This document shows, piece by piece, positions 37,101-43,886 of a DNA stretch of 64,000 nucleotides. Origin of the DNA: an uncultured Saprospiraceae bacterium (GTDB lineage: Bacteria; Bacteroidota; Bacteroidia; Chitinophagales; Saprospiraceae); contig CAZMMQ010000007.1 in assembly GCA_964567435.1 (NCBI GenBank), positions 31,931 through 95,930 of the forward strand, given 5' to 3'. Under the pieces are notes generated by a model. The model had not been told where the DNA came from. It worked only from the letters and a program-made list of their open reading frames with translations, and searched no databases. Numbering within the stretch: the first letter of the stretch is position 1; the number at the start of each line of letters is the position of its first letter. The position numbers were made by a program, and so were the translations under genes.

Positions 37101-38886
37101 GGACACCTGATCCTGACGCATTTGATACTTCTATAAAATACTCCACATTACCATTAACAGCTAAGGTAAACTCATCTCCTGGTGTACAACCAAGTAAGAC
37201 ACCTTGCTGACCTGTACCTGAACAGTCGCCTTGTAAAACTTGAACGACAGGCTCAAAACTTCCACCACCATCTACTGTGATGGTCATTTCAGAGGCATCT
37301 ACATCTGTAAAAACTGAAAACCAAAAACCTTGTTCTCCACAATCGCTATCGCAGAAATAGAGATTACAAGTATTGGCACATTCGTCACCGCCTCCAGTGG
37401 TAGGGCTCAAAGCCATAGCGTCATCGCAGTTCTCATGTTCGACTGGGCATAGTTGCATATCAACCAAAGCCATTAACTCAATCTCTCCGCAATCAGCAAC
37501 ATCAGACATCACTCGGACAAATCTTTGACCTGATCCACAGGTAGGGAAAGCCTGATCTGTAAAATCTCCAGTAGCACTGAATAATAAGGTAGAGCAGTCA
37601 CTATCGAAGACATCAATTTGCAATGATGGCCCTATAGAAATATTAGTTGCTGATAGCAATCTAGCACCACCTTCTTCACTTAACACATACCAAATCTCAC
37701 CATTTGGAGAGCAGCAGTTCGTATATATTTCAGGTGAAGGAACAAGATCTTCTGTCGCATCATTACAAGTTGTATTATCAGGAAGTGGTGGTGTTTCCAC
37801 AGTAAAAGAGCCACTATTGTCCATCAGTACCCAGTATGATTCTGTAGCATCCGCTGTTATTGTCAGTGGACTATCATTGCAATCTCCCAGAGAAGATAAG
37901 CTCGTGCAATCTGCACCTATAAAAAGTTCGAAATCTCCAGTTATGGTAAACTGAGGGAGTGAAGCATCAGTATTAAAAGTATACCAGATACCTGGTACTC
38001 CATCCATACAATCACCAGGTGTTGCCTCACTGTCAGGACAAGCATCACCGGCAGGATTCCCATTCTCAATGTCACCACAAGCAAGAGTACCTGAGCCTAG
38101 TGCCAATGCGTTGGAGCACACATCTTCTGGTGGCCCTGTCATCATTTGCGTCTCTTCGATATCGAATGTCCCAGGCAAATCACTTGATACTTCAACTAAA
38201 TAGTCTCCTGCGGCTAGACAAGTCGCTTCGACAACATCATTACAAGCACCAGACGTAGATACTTCCAGACCTCCACAGGCGTCATAGATATTAATTTCTG
38301 GATTGGATATAGTCCCCCCTGTAATCTCGACTATTAGCGTAGTTCCATCAGAACCAACGCTAACTTCATACCACACAGAATGGTCCCCACCGCAAGATCC
38401 TGTTGGCGCAGAAGCACAACCATTATTCTGACCACTAAGTGTACCACTAAGAGGGTCTCCAGGGCAATCTTCGTTAGAAGGAGCTGTAAAAGGATTCAAG
38501 TCAAAAGACTCCCCGTCTTCTACAGCAATGAAATAGATTAAATTAGGATCAATAAGCCAATTGATTACACCACCACACTCGATTTCTGATAATGAATTAC
38601 AGTCAGTACCTTCAAATAGGACAGCAGTACCACCACCGTCAAACTCAAACATTAAAACATCTGAAGTAAATTGGTAGGAGAACCATACTACGTCTGCACC
38701 ACTAAGGCAGCCAGTTAATTCCGGATCGGGAATTCCATCTCCTGCAACACCAGTCTCATTAATACTAGATGAGCAATCTTCTACCATCGTATTGGCTTCT
38801 GCATCTGCGCAGGTTAATTCTTGTCCTATTAGTGGAGTATTAAGCAGTAGAAAAGTTCCAATAATTAGAGTGTAAAATACTTTCAT
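31126..38886 (-). CDS. Giant secreted modular protein D (2586 aa) with T9SS type B C-terminal domain
   Basis: Signal peptide MKVFYTLIIGTFLLLNTPLIGQ. Five N-terminal Cys-framed modules with [VI]W[YF] cores. Central Ig-like modules. About 11 modules of 90-100 aa, in which alternate modules end in a C-x-C-P motif. SprB-like repeats (GGDFNYQWTATDGG...LVVTDIDGCTA, TTNGAGVVLFSLDGG...IVVTDDNGCEI). CTD: VFIPTVFST...IYDRWGQLVY...WNGRWGN...QGVYVYFI...GDITLLR. Confidence 0.85.
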   Translation of the reverse strand: MKVFYTLIIGTFLLLNTPLIGQELTCADAEANTMVEDCSSSINETGVAGDGIPDPELTGCLSGADVVWFSYQFTSDVLMFEFDGGGTAVLFEGTDCNSLSEIECGGVINWLIDPNLIYFIAVEDGESFDLNPFTAPSNEDCPGDPLSGTLSGQNNGCASAPTGSCGGDHSVWYEVSVGSDGTTLIVEITGGTISNPEINIYDACGGLEVSTSGACNDVVEATCLAAGDYLVEVSSDLPGTFDIEETQMMTGPPEDVCSNALALGSGTLACGDIENGNPAGDACPDSEATPGDCMDGVPGIWYTFNTDASLPQFTITGDFELFIGADCTSLSSLGDCNDSPLTITADATESYWVLMDNSGSFTVETPPLPDNTTCNDATEDLVPSPEIYTNCCSPNGEIWYVLSEEGGARLLSATNISIGPSLQIDVFDSDCSTLLFSATGDFTDQAFPTCGSGQRFVRVMSDVADCGEIELMALVDMQLCPVEHENCDDAMALSPTTGGGDECANTCNLYFCDSDCGEQGFWFSVFTDVDASEMTITVDGGGSFEPVVQVLQGDCSGTGQQGVLLGCTPGDEFTLAVNGNVEYFIEVSNASGSGVPGNFEFCVSTSVASAQCAVGTLVSSRPSNDGPPEGPFCAGEKVQFDYIVSFTSDPLGMGNNCQWLQGIIPSLGPGWDLDACSIESQTPAGGWEYFAEGEVDSQVNSARLGLQPSPHGGNELVFDGGQPLQIGNAIPQGWYSISDGGAGCANTGNPNTQWGIPQGCGSVMTFEITFFLQVRDDIDLNQCMDPEYMKVHIFTMADGMTGCWVNNACSEDAPAIENYEVACDGLPEVCDEVELQICSGDMLSIPLEICDGRDAEIMVSISEDSSTEIDGMTEGSIGDFGFIEDDLENTSCSIQDAIYEIYALDAETGCRGPSIEVVVTVFPELEINFNQDIGELFCPGENLKLGTENMCGTPPYTYQWDTGATTECINLPHEQFLPPGEQRVSVIVTDDNGCTLDLDFRYETSQQLNLDIAGPPSVCIGDGPDNPEYCVRHETPVFQLDYEWIVDPPVGLDFDVQDGDTCIVVMDELSTPGAYNMSVIVTDELSCVYDTTFQILVDNGPALTLTSGQCNGNEISLIGQNTNANVMATNMHIVQIDTTVNPNIIDTLIGPLQTDSLGVTVSDFSGLFELRGASVGGCMSSVPLILPPQPTPDVFVSPPSLCAGQTVTLTLNNPTAFTSFVWTAGTMTFTSAIITDTPSSSTTYTFVGTDFNGCEVIESHEVVVNSIPEVDVSGSSTVCNGGTTDLIANITGGMSPFDFDWSDGSMSQSITVSPTTPTTYTVNVTDANNCMNSANFEVSPASELTPVATAPSFCEGDMTTISAGAFDMYLWRDPNDMQISGGGQTIDVSVPGIYSLTVTDISGCTGATTVEVVEISRLPNVLTDVSATLCNDSGGTDPTSINLDALVDSGIQGFWRDNNDNNISANSNDFSVVGLPAGTYDFSFVTTNATDPCPNETVPFQLIVNNCGCPSVAVGSISDYCASDNNMAFDLTQIQFTTEPGRWIIDRAGEIDFSDDEILVTASTGEGLFTLIYILDTAPPSPCASQSMPVTFEVFRQPFAELDQNSVSRCNSNATGEPTGLDLNTLITAGDNSGTWSHSGAGPAVNGTMVDFAGIDLGDYIYEYTLDVEAGSLCMPLQLMTTIRVIDCNCPDISIMPLDDLCITGTTINLNGFLVNPGGEQGQWSVNDPSGMPVPTSSLIGDRFESDGLPPGTYTVSYSLITPITGCDLINTVSQDITINDEPEVSLTTASISVCNAEEMDNLPFMVDLDTLLASGSGDWSVSASFPGVFDDNENVIDFTGVPPDVYEVVFTTDNALTPCEQVDIPLAIDVRACGCPMFLFTTPDDFCNTDGNIDLDQFITNIGSLPDGEWFIVSGSSPPNLNGSMVNLTNYVTGPYEYQYRLDNVPMGCTVRNLNIVINVIQAVDVSVEALISPCNVVQNDGSHCINLNDFVTISGGTGTWTVDPFYLADGGDDSDITNICFDGLPLNTSYSFTFTAEDDNGLCDPVIERSTIVVRDCSCPNVDIASPDPLCQGESLDLTTLEGGLTSDGTWTASQGGTSIDLQNEILETGDLDGIIDLLFTPSGVFDPLCDLGMVSVEISIPQSAGTATPVELCSGEEVVVDLFGQLSGASLGGVWTEASTNPNQTGFDDIAGTFNTLGQRSGVYEFMYTAPEAGSCPADEEVVTVNLLFNPVADAGDGGVITCNASVELGGSGTSVGGDFNYQWTATDGGSLTVDDQPVIMVSQAGTYTLVVTDIDGCTAQDMVVVTSDGGLTAGVDISEPNCPSDFGQAVVTTTNGAGVVLFSLDGGEFQESDMFGNLPTGPHTIVVTDDNGCEIMLDFVIPEPEVLDVDSGEDREVELGDSLYILNAAISANIDPATIVSVTWVDADSGEELCSGPLSLCGQIEVDPEIFNEYCVTIVNADGCEATDCVILREQLVRDVFIPTVFSTSADNTADQTFFVQTDRFVEAVEEMRIYDRWGQLVYSIPTEVLPNDPSVGWNGRWGNTGGLLNQGVYVYFIKVRYSAFDGMPETDIFAGDITLLR
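32185..34605 (-). repeat. Tandem ~90-100 aa modules organised as ~180-190 aa di-modules in protein D
   Basis: The pattern C..(D/N)....(L/I)(D/N)L..L......G.W...........F.G(L/V)P.G.Y.(F/Y).(F/Y).......C recurs. Every second module ends in NNCGCPS / IDCNCPD / RACGCPM / RDCSCPN. Spacing between these motifs counts to 181 and 186 aa. Confidence 0.7.
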
Positions 38887-39316
38887 AGAGTTTCTGATTT
38901 ATTGTTGCTAAACAGAATAATAGTTGTAGATAACACATACACTATTATTACAAAAACTAGCAATTCACTAAAATATAGAATTAATGTTTTTTATTGAAGT
39001 ATGAAAGAATAGTTCTCACTTCTTAGGTGCTAATGGGTAATTGCCTAAAAATGTATTATTGATTATCAATTGATTATACATTGAATAATATTACCATATA
39101 TAGTCGTGTCAGATCTAACCTATATATTGTTGTGAAAAACTAACTACCATACAATGAAAGTGAAGACGATCACGTCTTATGATAAATAAGTCAATTTTCG
39201 GAGCTAGATATTATGAGATTGTACACTTAATGCCTAATTGTAATATATTGTGGATGGAAATCGGTTGTTTTTAATAAGCAGTTTTCTTCTGATTTAACTA
39301 CTATAAAAATTAAGAT

Positions 39317-39931
39317 ATGGAAAGGAAGCATATAATTATATTTCTATTAGGACTATTCATGCTCAGTTATGTGAATGACAGTTTTTCGCAGAGACGATCA
39401 TCAAGAAGTAGAACTACAGACAGAGATCGTGACAGAGGCACAGAGAATACAAGTTCATTTAAGGATAACCTGGCCTATGATTTATTTGTTGGAACCTTAG
39501 GTTTTAATGGTGGTTTTTCCGCCTCAGCAAAGGGGGGTGTAGGATATAAGCCAGTTGACATAGTCACTGTAGGAGGCGGTGCAAAATTTCTTTACCAATT
39601 TGTCAATAGATTTGGAACTGATGATTTTAGTTCATTCAGCTATGCTCTTTTCCCATATGCAAGAGTCAAGCTTGGCGAATCCTTCTATCTAAAGGGAGAA
39701 TACAACTTTTTTTCCTTTGATACAGGATTTCCAAATGCAGATAGAATCAATTTCACCTTCCCTATGGTTGGGGGTGGATACTTACAAGGATTTGGACAGT
39801 GGAGATTTGGATTTGAGGTGTTGTTATTAGTGAATGACAGAGTTATAGATAATCCGTTCTTTGCAGGTGTTGAGGCCAGTGACTTATACACGCTTATAGA
39901 ATATAACATATCATTTTTGTATAATTTCTAG
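39317..39931 (+). CDS. Small predicted outer-membrane beta-barrel protein (hypothetical)
   Basis: Signal peptide MERKHIIIFLLGLFMLSYVNDSFSQ. An Arg/Asp/Ser-rich linker (RRSSRSRTTDRDRDRG) follows. The rest has alternating hydrophobic G/Y/F-rich strands and a C-terminal aromatic residue (..ISFLYNF). Confidence 0.45.
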   Translation: MERKHIIIFLLGLFMLSYVNDSFSQRRSSRSRTTDRDRDRGTENTSSFKDNLAYDLFVGTLGFNGGFSASAKGGVGYKPVDIVTVGGGAKFLYQFVNRFGTDDFSSFSYALFPYARVKLGESFYLKGEYNFFSFDTGFPNADRINFTFPMVGGGYLQGFGQWRFGFEVLLLVNDRVIDNPFFAGVEASDLYTLIEYNISFLYNF

Positions 39932-39950
39932 TACCAAAAATGTGTCATCA

Positions 39951-39985
39951 AAAAAGCCTTCAAGAAAAATATCTTGAAGGCTTTT
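39951..39985. terminator. Bidirectional intrinsic terminator between convergent genes (39317-39931 and the TonB-dependent receptor)
   Basis: AAAAAGCCTTCAAGA-AAAATA-TCTTGAAGGCTTTTT: a perfect 15-nt inverted repeat. The arms themselves begin with an A-run and end with a T-run, so a T-run terminates the hairpin on either strand. Confidence 0.75.
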
Positions 39986-40008
39986 TAATTATCACCAGGT
40001 TCAATCCA

Positions 40009-42480
40009 TCAAAACATGACACTTGCACTAAGAAGAAAGTTAGTTCCTGCTTGAGGATAGAGATAATTCTCTGTAATCAATCCACCGAAGATATAACTAT
40101 AGGTATACCCGTTAGATGCATATCTGGTATTGAATATATTATTGACCAGTAATTTAAATTCAATTTCTTGAACCAACTCTGTTTCTATCTTATATCGTAA
40201 ATGAAAGTCGTTCACGAAATAAGGGTCCAATGATCTATTTTCATTACTTGTGTTATCTAGAAACTGTCGTCCTACATATTTGGATAACAAACTCGCATCA
40301 AAATTTGGGAGGATGTGATATGTAAATTTACTTCCGGCAATGACAGAAGGAGAAAAGGCAATGTCGGTATCTGTAAACAAAGTCTCTTGAACACCACCAT
40401 TGTCAAAATCTGCTATCTTCTCTACAAACTCTGAGATCCTGTTTCTACTGAAGGTTACATTTGGCTCCCAAGTCAATAGTTCTGCCAATAAAAGACTTCC
40501 AGACAGTTCTACACCAAATCGCACAGAGTTATCGACATTGGTTCTCACCGGGGCACCTACATCATTAACCGCGCCTGTAAGTACTAACTGATCATTATAT
40601 AACATGTAGTAAAAATTAGCTTCAAAGGTATGATCTGGTTTCTCAGCTCGGTATCCAAATTCAAAATCGTGTAACTGCTCCGCCTCGGGCACAGTAGTCC
40701 CTATAGCATCCAGAAAATCAGATCTGACTGGCTCTCTCTGTGCTGCAGCGTATGAGGCATACAATTTACTATGTGGCGTAAGATCAAAGCTTAATCCAAC
40801 TTTGGGATTGACAAAGGTGTAACTGGTATCTATACCCGAATCTCTACCAGCAATCAGTGACTGATCACTATCTAATCCTGCTGTCTTGTAACTGATGCTA
40901 CGAAATTGAAGGTCTCCAAAAACAGATAGTTTAGGCAATAATTGATAATCTGCTTTCATGTAACTATTAAATTCGTTCTTGGTAGCATCACTTCTATAAT
41001 ATTCTGGCTCCTCAGGCAAAATGGCCTCTTCTATATTGATAACGTTACCAAAATGGTCTCCTAAGTAAGAGTTGTATGCTGCACCCAAGATAAGTGCTAA
41101 GTCATTATTTGGCTTATACTCTATATTAGCAATAGCCCCAAAGAAATCATTGTCTAACCACCTTCTCCATACCAAGTCACTGACGACACCTTGGAGTGAT
41201 GCTTCAGCAGGAAATATATTCCCTACATCTTCCTGGAATCTAAATTGCTCGAAAAAGCCTTTTCCCTTTGTATAATGACCCGTTAAGTTCAATTTGACAA
41301 GTTCACTCAACTGCGAATTGACAAATAATTGAAGATGAGTCTGTCGATAACTATCTACTTGATTTTCATAAGTGTACGCATTGAATGATTCATTTGAACT
41401 AAACAAATTGATACTATCTTGAACGGTATTATAATCCCCATTTGAGTTGTTCAAAAAGTGAATTAAAAGTGCTTCTTCATCTCCATTAAATCTGGCTTCA
41501 GGCACACCATTCCAAGCTTGGTAAGTTCTCTCATTTCCAGAGAAAGCATTTATTTTTATAGAGGTCTTTTCAGTAACACTAGCAGCAGATAGATACCACG
41601 AGTCTAAATCCGAGGTAGCTCTATCTATAAATCCATCAGAATTAATTCGAGAATAACGTCCTTCTATGTTAAACTGATTATTCATCAGACCTGTATTGAC
41701 GGTTACACTTTGTTTCTGTGTACCAAATGATCCTACTGTGAAGTCTCCTCTTACGAATGGATTCTGACTTATATAATTAGTATTGAGGCTGACTGAGCCT
41801 CCAAAAGCACCACTCCCATTTGTAGAAGGTCCTACTCCTCTTTGAATCTGGATTCTATCTACGGAAGATCCGAAGTCTGGCAAGTCTACCCAAAACACGC
41901 CATGACTCTCAGAATCATTGAGCGGTATGCCGTTAATGGTGACATTGACTCTTGTTGCATCAGAACCTCGTATACGCATACCAGTATATCCTATACCTGC
42001 ACCAGCATCAGATGTAATAACCATAGATGGCGCATGTTCTAACAAAAAAGGAACATCCTGTGCCATATTCTTAAACTGGATACTTTCTCTATCCATTTCA
42101 GTATAGGCATATGGAGACCTTTTGTCTAACTTATTGGCTACAACTTCTATGTTCTCTAATTGGAAAAGACTTTGTTGCATATTGATATCCAACAATTCAT
42201 TTTGCTCTAAGATCAATGAATAAGTCTCGTCACCATATCCAAGGTATGTAACCTTGACCGTGACATCACCAGCAGGGACATTCTCTAACAAATATCTTCC
42301 TGCATAATCAGTAACAGTGGCCAGAGATTCAGAGCCAACTACAAAAACCGAAGCGCCTTGCAATTTCTCACCATTGGCATTCTTGACTTTGCCAAGAATA
42401 GAATACTGAGCTTGGCACAGCATACATGTAAATAATAATGAAGTAAAAATGATTGCTTGTCTTTTAATCATAATTTTCAA
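40009..42480 (-). CDS. TonB-dependent outer-membrane receptor with N-terminal CarboxypepD_reg-like domain; riboswitch context predicts a thiamine-related substrate
   Basis: 823 aa with a signal peptide. CarboxypepD_reg-like segment: YSILGKVKNANGEKLQGASVFVVGS...VKVTYLGYGDETYSL. Plug domain: ..GMRIRGSDATRVNVTINGIPLND...IQIQRGVGPSTNGSGAFGGSVSLNT. Long beta-barrel ending ..LLSASVMF. A TPP riboswitch lies directly upstream. Confidence 0.9.
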   Translation of the reverse strand: MKIMIKRQAIIFTSLLFTCMLCQAQYSILGKVKNANGEKLQGASVFVVGSESLATVTDYAGRYLLENVPAGDVTVKVTYLGYGDETYSLILEQNELLDINMQQSLFQLENIEVVANKLDKRSPYAYTEMDRESIQFKNMAQDVPFLLEHAPSMVITSDAGAGIGYTGMRIRGSDATRVNVTINGIPLNDSESHGVFWVDLPDFGSSVDRIQIQRGVGPSTNGSGAFGGSVSLNTNYISQNPFVRGDFTVGSFGTQKQSVTVNTGLMNNQFNIEGRYSRINSDGFIDRATSDLDSWYLSAASVTEKTSIKINAFSGNERTYQAWNGVPEARFNGDEEALLIHFLNNSNGDYNTVQDSINLFSSNESFNAYTYENQVDSYRQTHLQLFVNSQLSELVKLNLTGHYTKGKGFFEQFRFQEDVGNIFPAEASLQGVVSDLVWRRWLDNDFFGAIANIEYKPNNDLALILGAAYNSYLGDHFGNVINIEEAILPEEPEYYRSDATKNEFNSYMKADYQLLPKLSVFGDLQFRSISYKTAGLDSDQSLIAGRDSGIDTSYTFVNPKVGLSFDLTPHSKLYASYAAAQREPVRSDFLDAIGTTVPEAEQLHDFEFGYRAEKPDHTFEANFYYMLYNDQLVLTGAVNDVGAPVRTNVDNSVRFGVELSGSLLLAELLTWEPNVTFSRNRISEFVEKIADFDNGGVQETLFTDTDIAFSPSVIAGSKFTYHILPNFDASLLSKYVGRQFLDNTSNENRSLDPYFVNDFHLRYKIETELVQEIEFKLLVNNIFNTRYASNGYTYSYIFGGLITENYLYPQAGTNFLLSASVMF

Positions 42481-42492
42481 ACCTAATCAATT

Positions 42493-42625
42493 AAAAAAAC
42501 TAAGCGAGGTCGAGATAGCCAATACACTCCTATTGCCTTAGTGACTCCCTTCTCAGCATTACCTGAGCAGGTTCTATGGGTATAATCTCAGCACATTTCT
42601 ATTATAGAAAAAGCACCCCTCTTAA
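42493..42625 (-). promoter_or_regulatory. TPP (THI-box) riboswitch with putative terminator-type expression platform, in the 5' leader of the TonB-dependent receptor
   Basis: Minus strand reads AGGGGTGC-TTTTTCTATAATAGAAATGT-GCTGAGA-TTAT-ACCC-ATAG-AACCTGCTCAGGTAATGCTGAG-AAGGGA-GTCAC. This matches the conserved THI-box elements in order: GGGGUGC, P3 hairpin, GCUGAGA, ACCC, ACCUG...CAGG-UAAUGC, AGGGA. Downstream, ACTAAG...CTTAGT can pair and is followed by seven T (42493-42499 on the plus strand are A). Confidence 0.85.
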
Positions 42626-42635
42626 AAAATCAGTG

Positions 42636-42643
42636 CAAAGATA
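42636..42643 (-). promoter_or_regulatory. Candidate Bacteroidota -7 promoter element (TAnnTTTG) for the riboswitch-receptor transcript
   Basis: The minus strand reads TATCTTTG about 15 nt upstream of the GGGGTGC aptamer start. I saw no clear -33 TTG at canonical spacing. Confidence 0.3.
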
Positions 42644-42721
42644 ATCAATTGAATCAGTTAGAAGTGTCTTGTAGAAAATAAAATCAACAGTCGATAAAGA
42701 CATAAATTTAAAGATATGGAA

Positions 42722-43222
42722 TTATGCTATCGAAAAGTAATGCAATACATTTTGAAGCCGACTGTCACCTACTCCATTTATGATATGATATGGCGCATCG
42801 TACCTCTCCAACAACGTTATAAAACTGTCAAATAATTCAACACGTCTGTCAGCGTCTTCTCTTAGTCCATCATCAATCCAAGGTGTATCTGGGTACATTA
42901 AAAATATATAATCGAAAGGCTCCAAATTTTCAAGAGCTGTCTGTATCACAATAGGCACCTGACCGTATTTGTCCATAGCCCAAATGGACAGATTATACAT
43001 GTATGTATCCAAAATTAATGGACTACCCTTTGGATGACTATTGACAATACGTTGATGCTCTTCGGCTATAGTGATAATGGAGTCAAGTGTATACCCTGGA
43101 CCATTTTCCTGCAAGTAAGTTCTGGCGAATTCTGGAATAATAAGGACATCTAGTTCTTGACTTAATTCAGATGCAATGGTTGACTTACCTGAACTCTCAG
43201 GACCAGTGATGAGGATTCTCAT
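42722..43222 (-). CDS. NadR-C-terminal-like P-loop kinase (AAA_28, ribosylnicotinamide-kinase-like), stand-alone
   Basis: 166 aa. Walker A: ILITGPESSGKST. EFARTY follows shortly after. Later come ..LDTYMYN.. and ..DTPWIDDGLRED.., a layout like the NadR RNK domain. The start overlaps the pnuC-like stop by 4 nt. Confidence 0.55.
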   Translation of the reverse strand: MRILITGPESSGKSTIASELSQELDVLIIPEFARTYLQENGPGYTLDSIITIAEEHQRIVNSHPKGSPLILDTYMYNLSIWAMDKYGQVPIVIQTALENLEPFDYIFLMYPDTPWIDDGLREDADRRVELFDSFITLLERYDAPYHIINGVGDSRLQNVLHYFSIA

Positions 43223-43815
43223 TCTGAACTATTTGCGGTTGTATCATTCAAACTACTCTGATAACTATGACGCCATTGAATGTATCCCGCGACAGAAAAG
43301 AGAAAGAAGATCACCATCAAACCACTGTAAATTTTTAAGCCTCTATCCAAGTACAGCCACACTGAAAAAAGGTTAATAAATATCCAAAACAACCATGAGG
43401 ACAATACTTTGTGTGCTTCCATATAACTAGCAATTAAGCTGAAGATAGTAGACGTCGCATCAGCAAATGGTCGAGGAGAATCCGTGGCTTTATTGAGTAC
43501 AAAACCAAGTAAAACTGAGAAGAGAATCCCAATAGAAATAGATGTAATGAAATACCAGCCTTTTTTGATTTGTACCGTAAAATCTCTGTCCCGATTCTTT
43601 TGCCAAACATACCATCCATAAATACCGATCAAAACGTAATAGAAATACAAGATGGACTCTGCATATAATTTAGAACAATAGAACAGATATATACTACTCA
43701 AGCTGGAGATAATCCCAACAGGCCAGGCCCATATCTTTTGGTAAATCATTAAAATGATAAACCCAAGTCCTGTAATAACCGAAAAAATCTCAAGCAGCAG
43801 CAAAAACTCCATCAA
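43219..43815 (-). CDS. pnuC: PnuC-family vitamin transporter (nicotinamide riboside PnuC or thiamine PnuT type)
   Basis: 198 aa with about 7 TM helices. It has the Pnu-typical W-rich motifs (..KIWAWPVGIISS.., ..GIYGWYVWQK.., ..GYIQWRH..). Confidence 0.75.
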   Translation of the reverse strand: MMEFLLLLEIFSVITGLGFIILMIYQKIWAWPVGIISSLSSIYLFYCSKLYAESILYFYYVLIGIYGWYVWQKNRDRDFTVQIKKGWYFITSISIGILFSVLLGFVLNKATDSPRPFADATSTIFSLIASYMEAHKVLSSWLFWIFINLFSVWLYLDRGLKIYSGLMVIFFLFSVAGYIQWRHSYQSSLNDTTANSSE

Positions 43816-43886
43816 AAGCTAAATTAATCAATGAATACTACAAGATTAGAATAGAAATAAGAATATTCTAGGTAGCTCAATATTGT

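Noticed and set aside
14113-38886. The possibility that the four giant ORFs are fragments of one disrupted mega-gene (pseudogene).
   Set aside because: Each ORF has its own N-terminal signal peptide and its own complete C-terminal sorting domain. The spacers are AT-rich and non-coding, and at least one contains a canonical terminator.
39940-40152. The 70-aa plus-strand ORF after the beta-barrel gene.
   Set aside because: It runs through the bidirectional terminator hairpin and into the 3' end of the TonB-dependent receptor gene on the opposite strand. It is not credible as coding.
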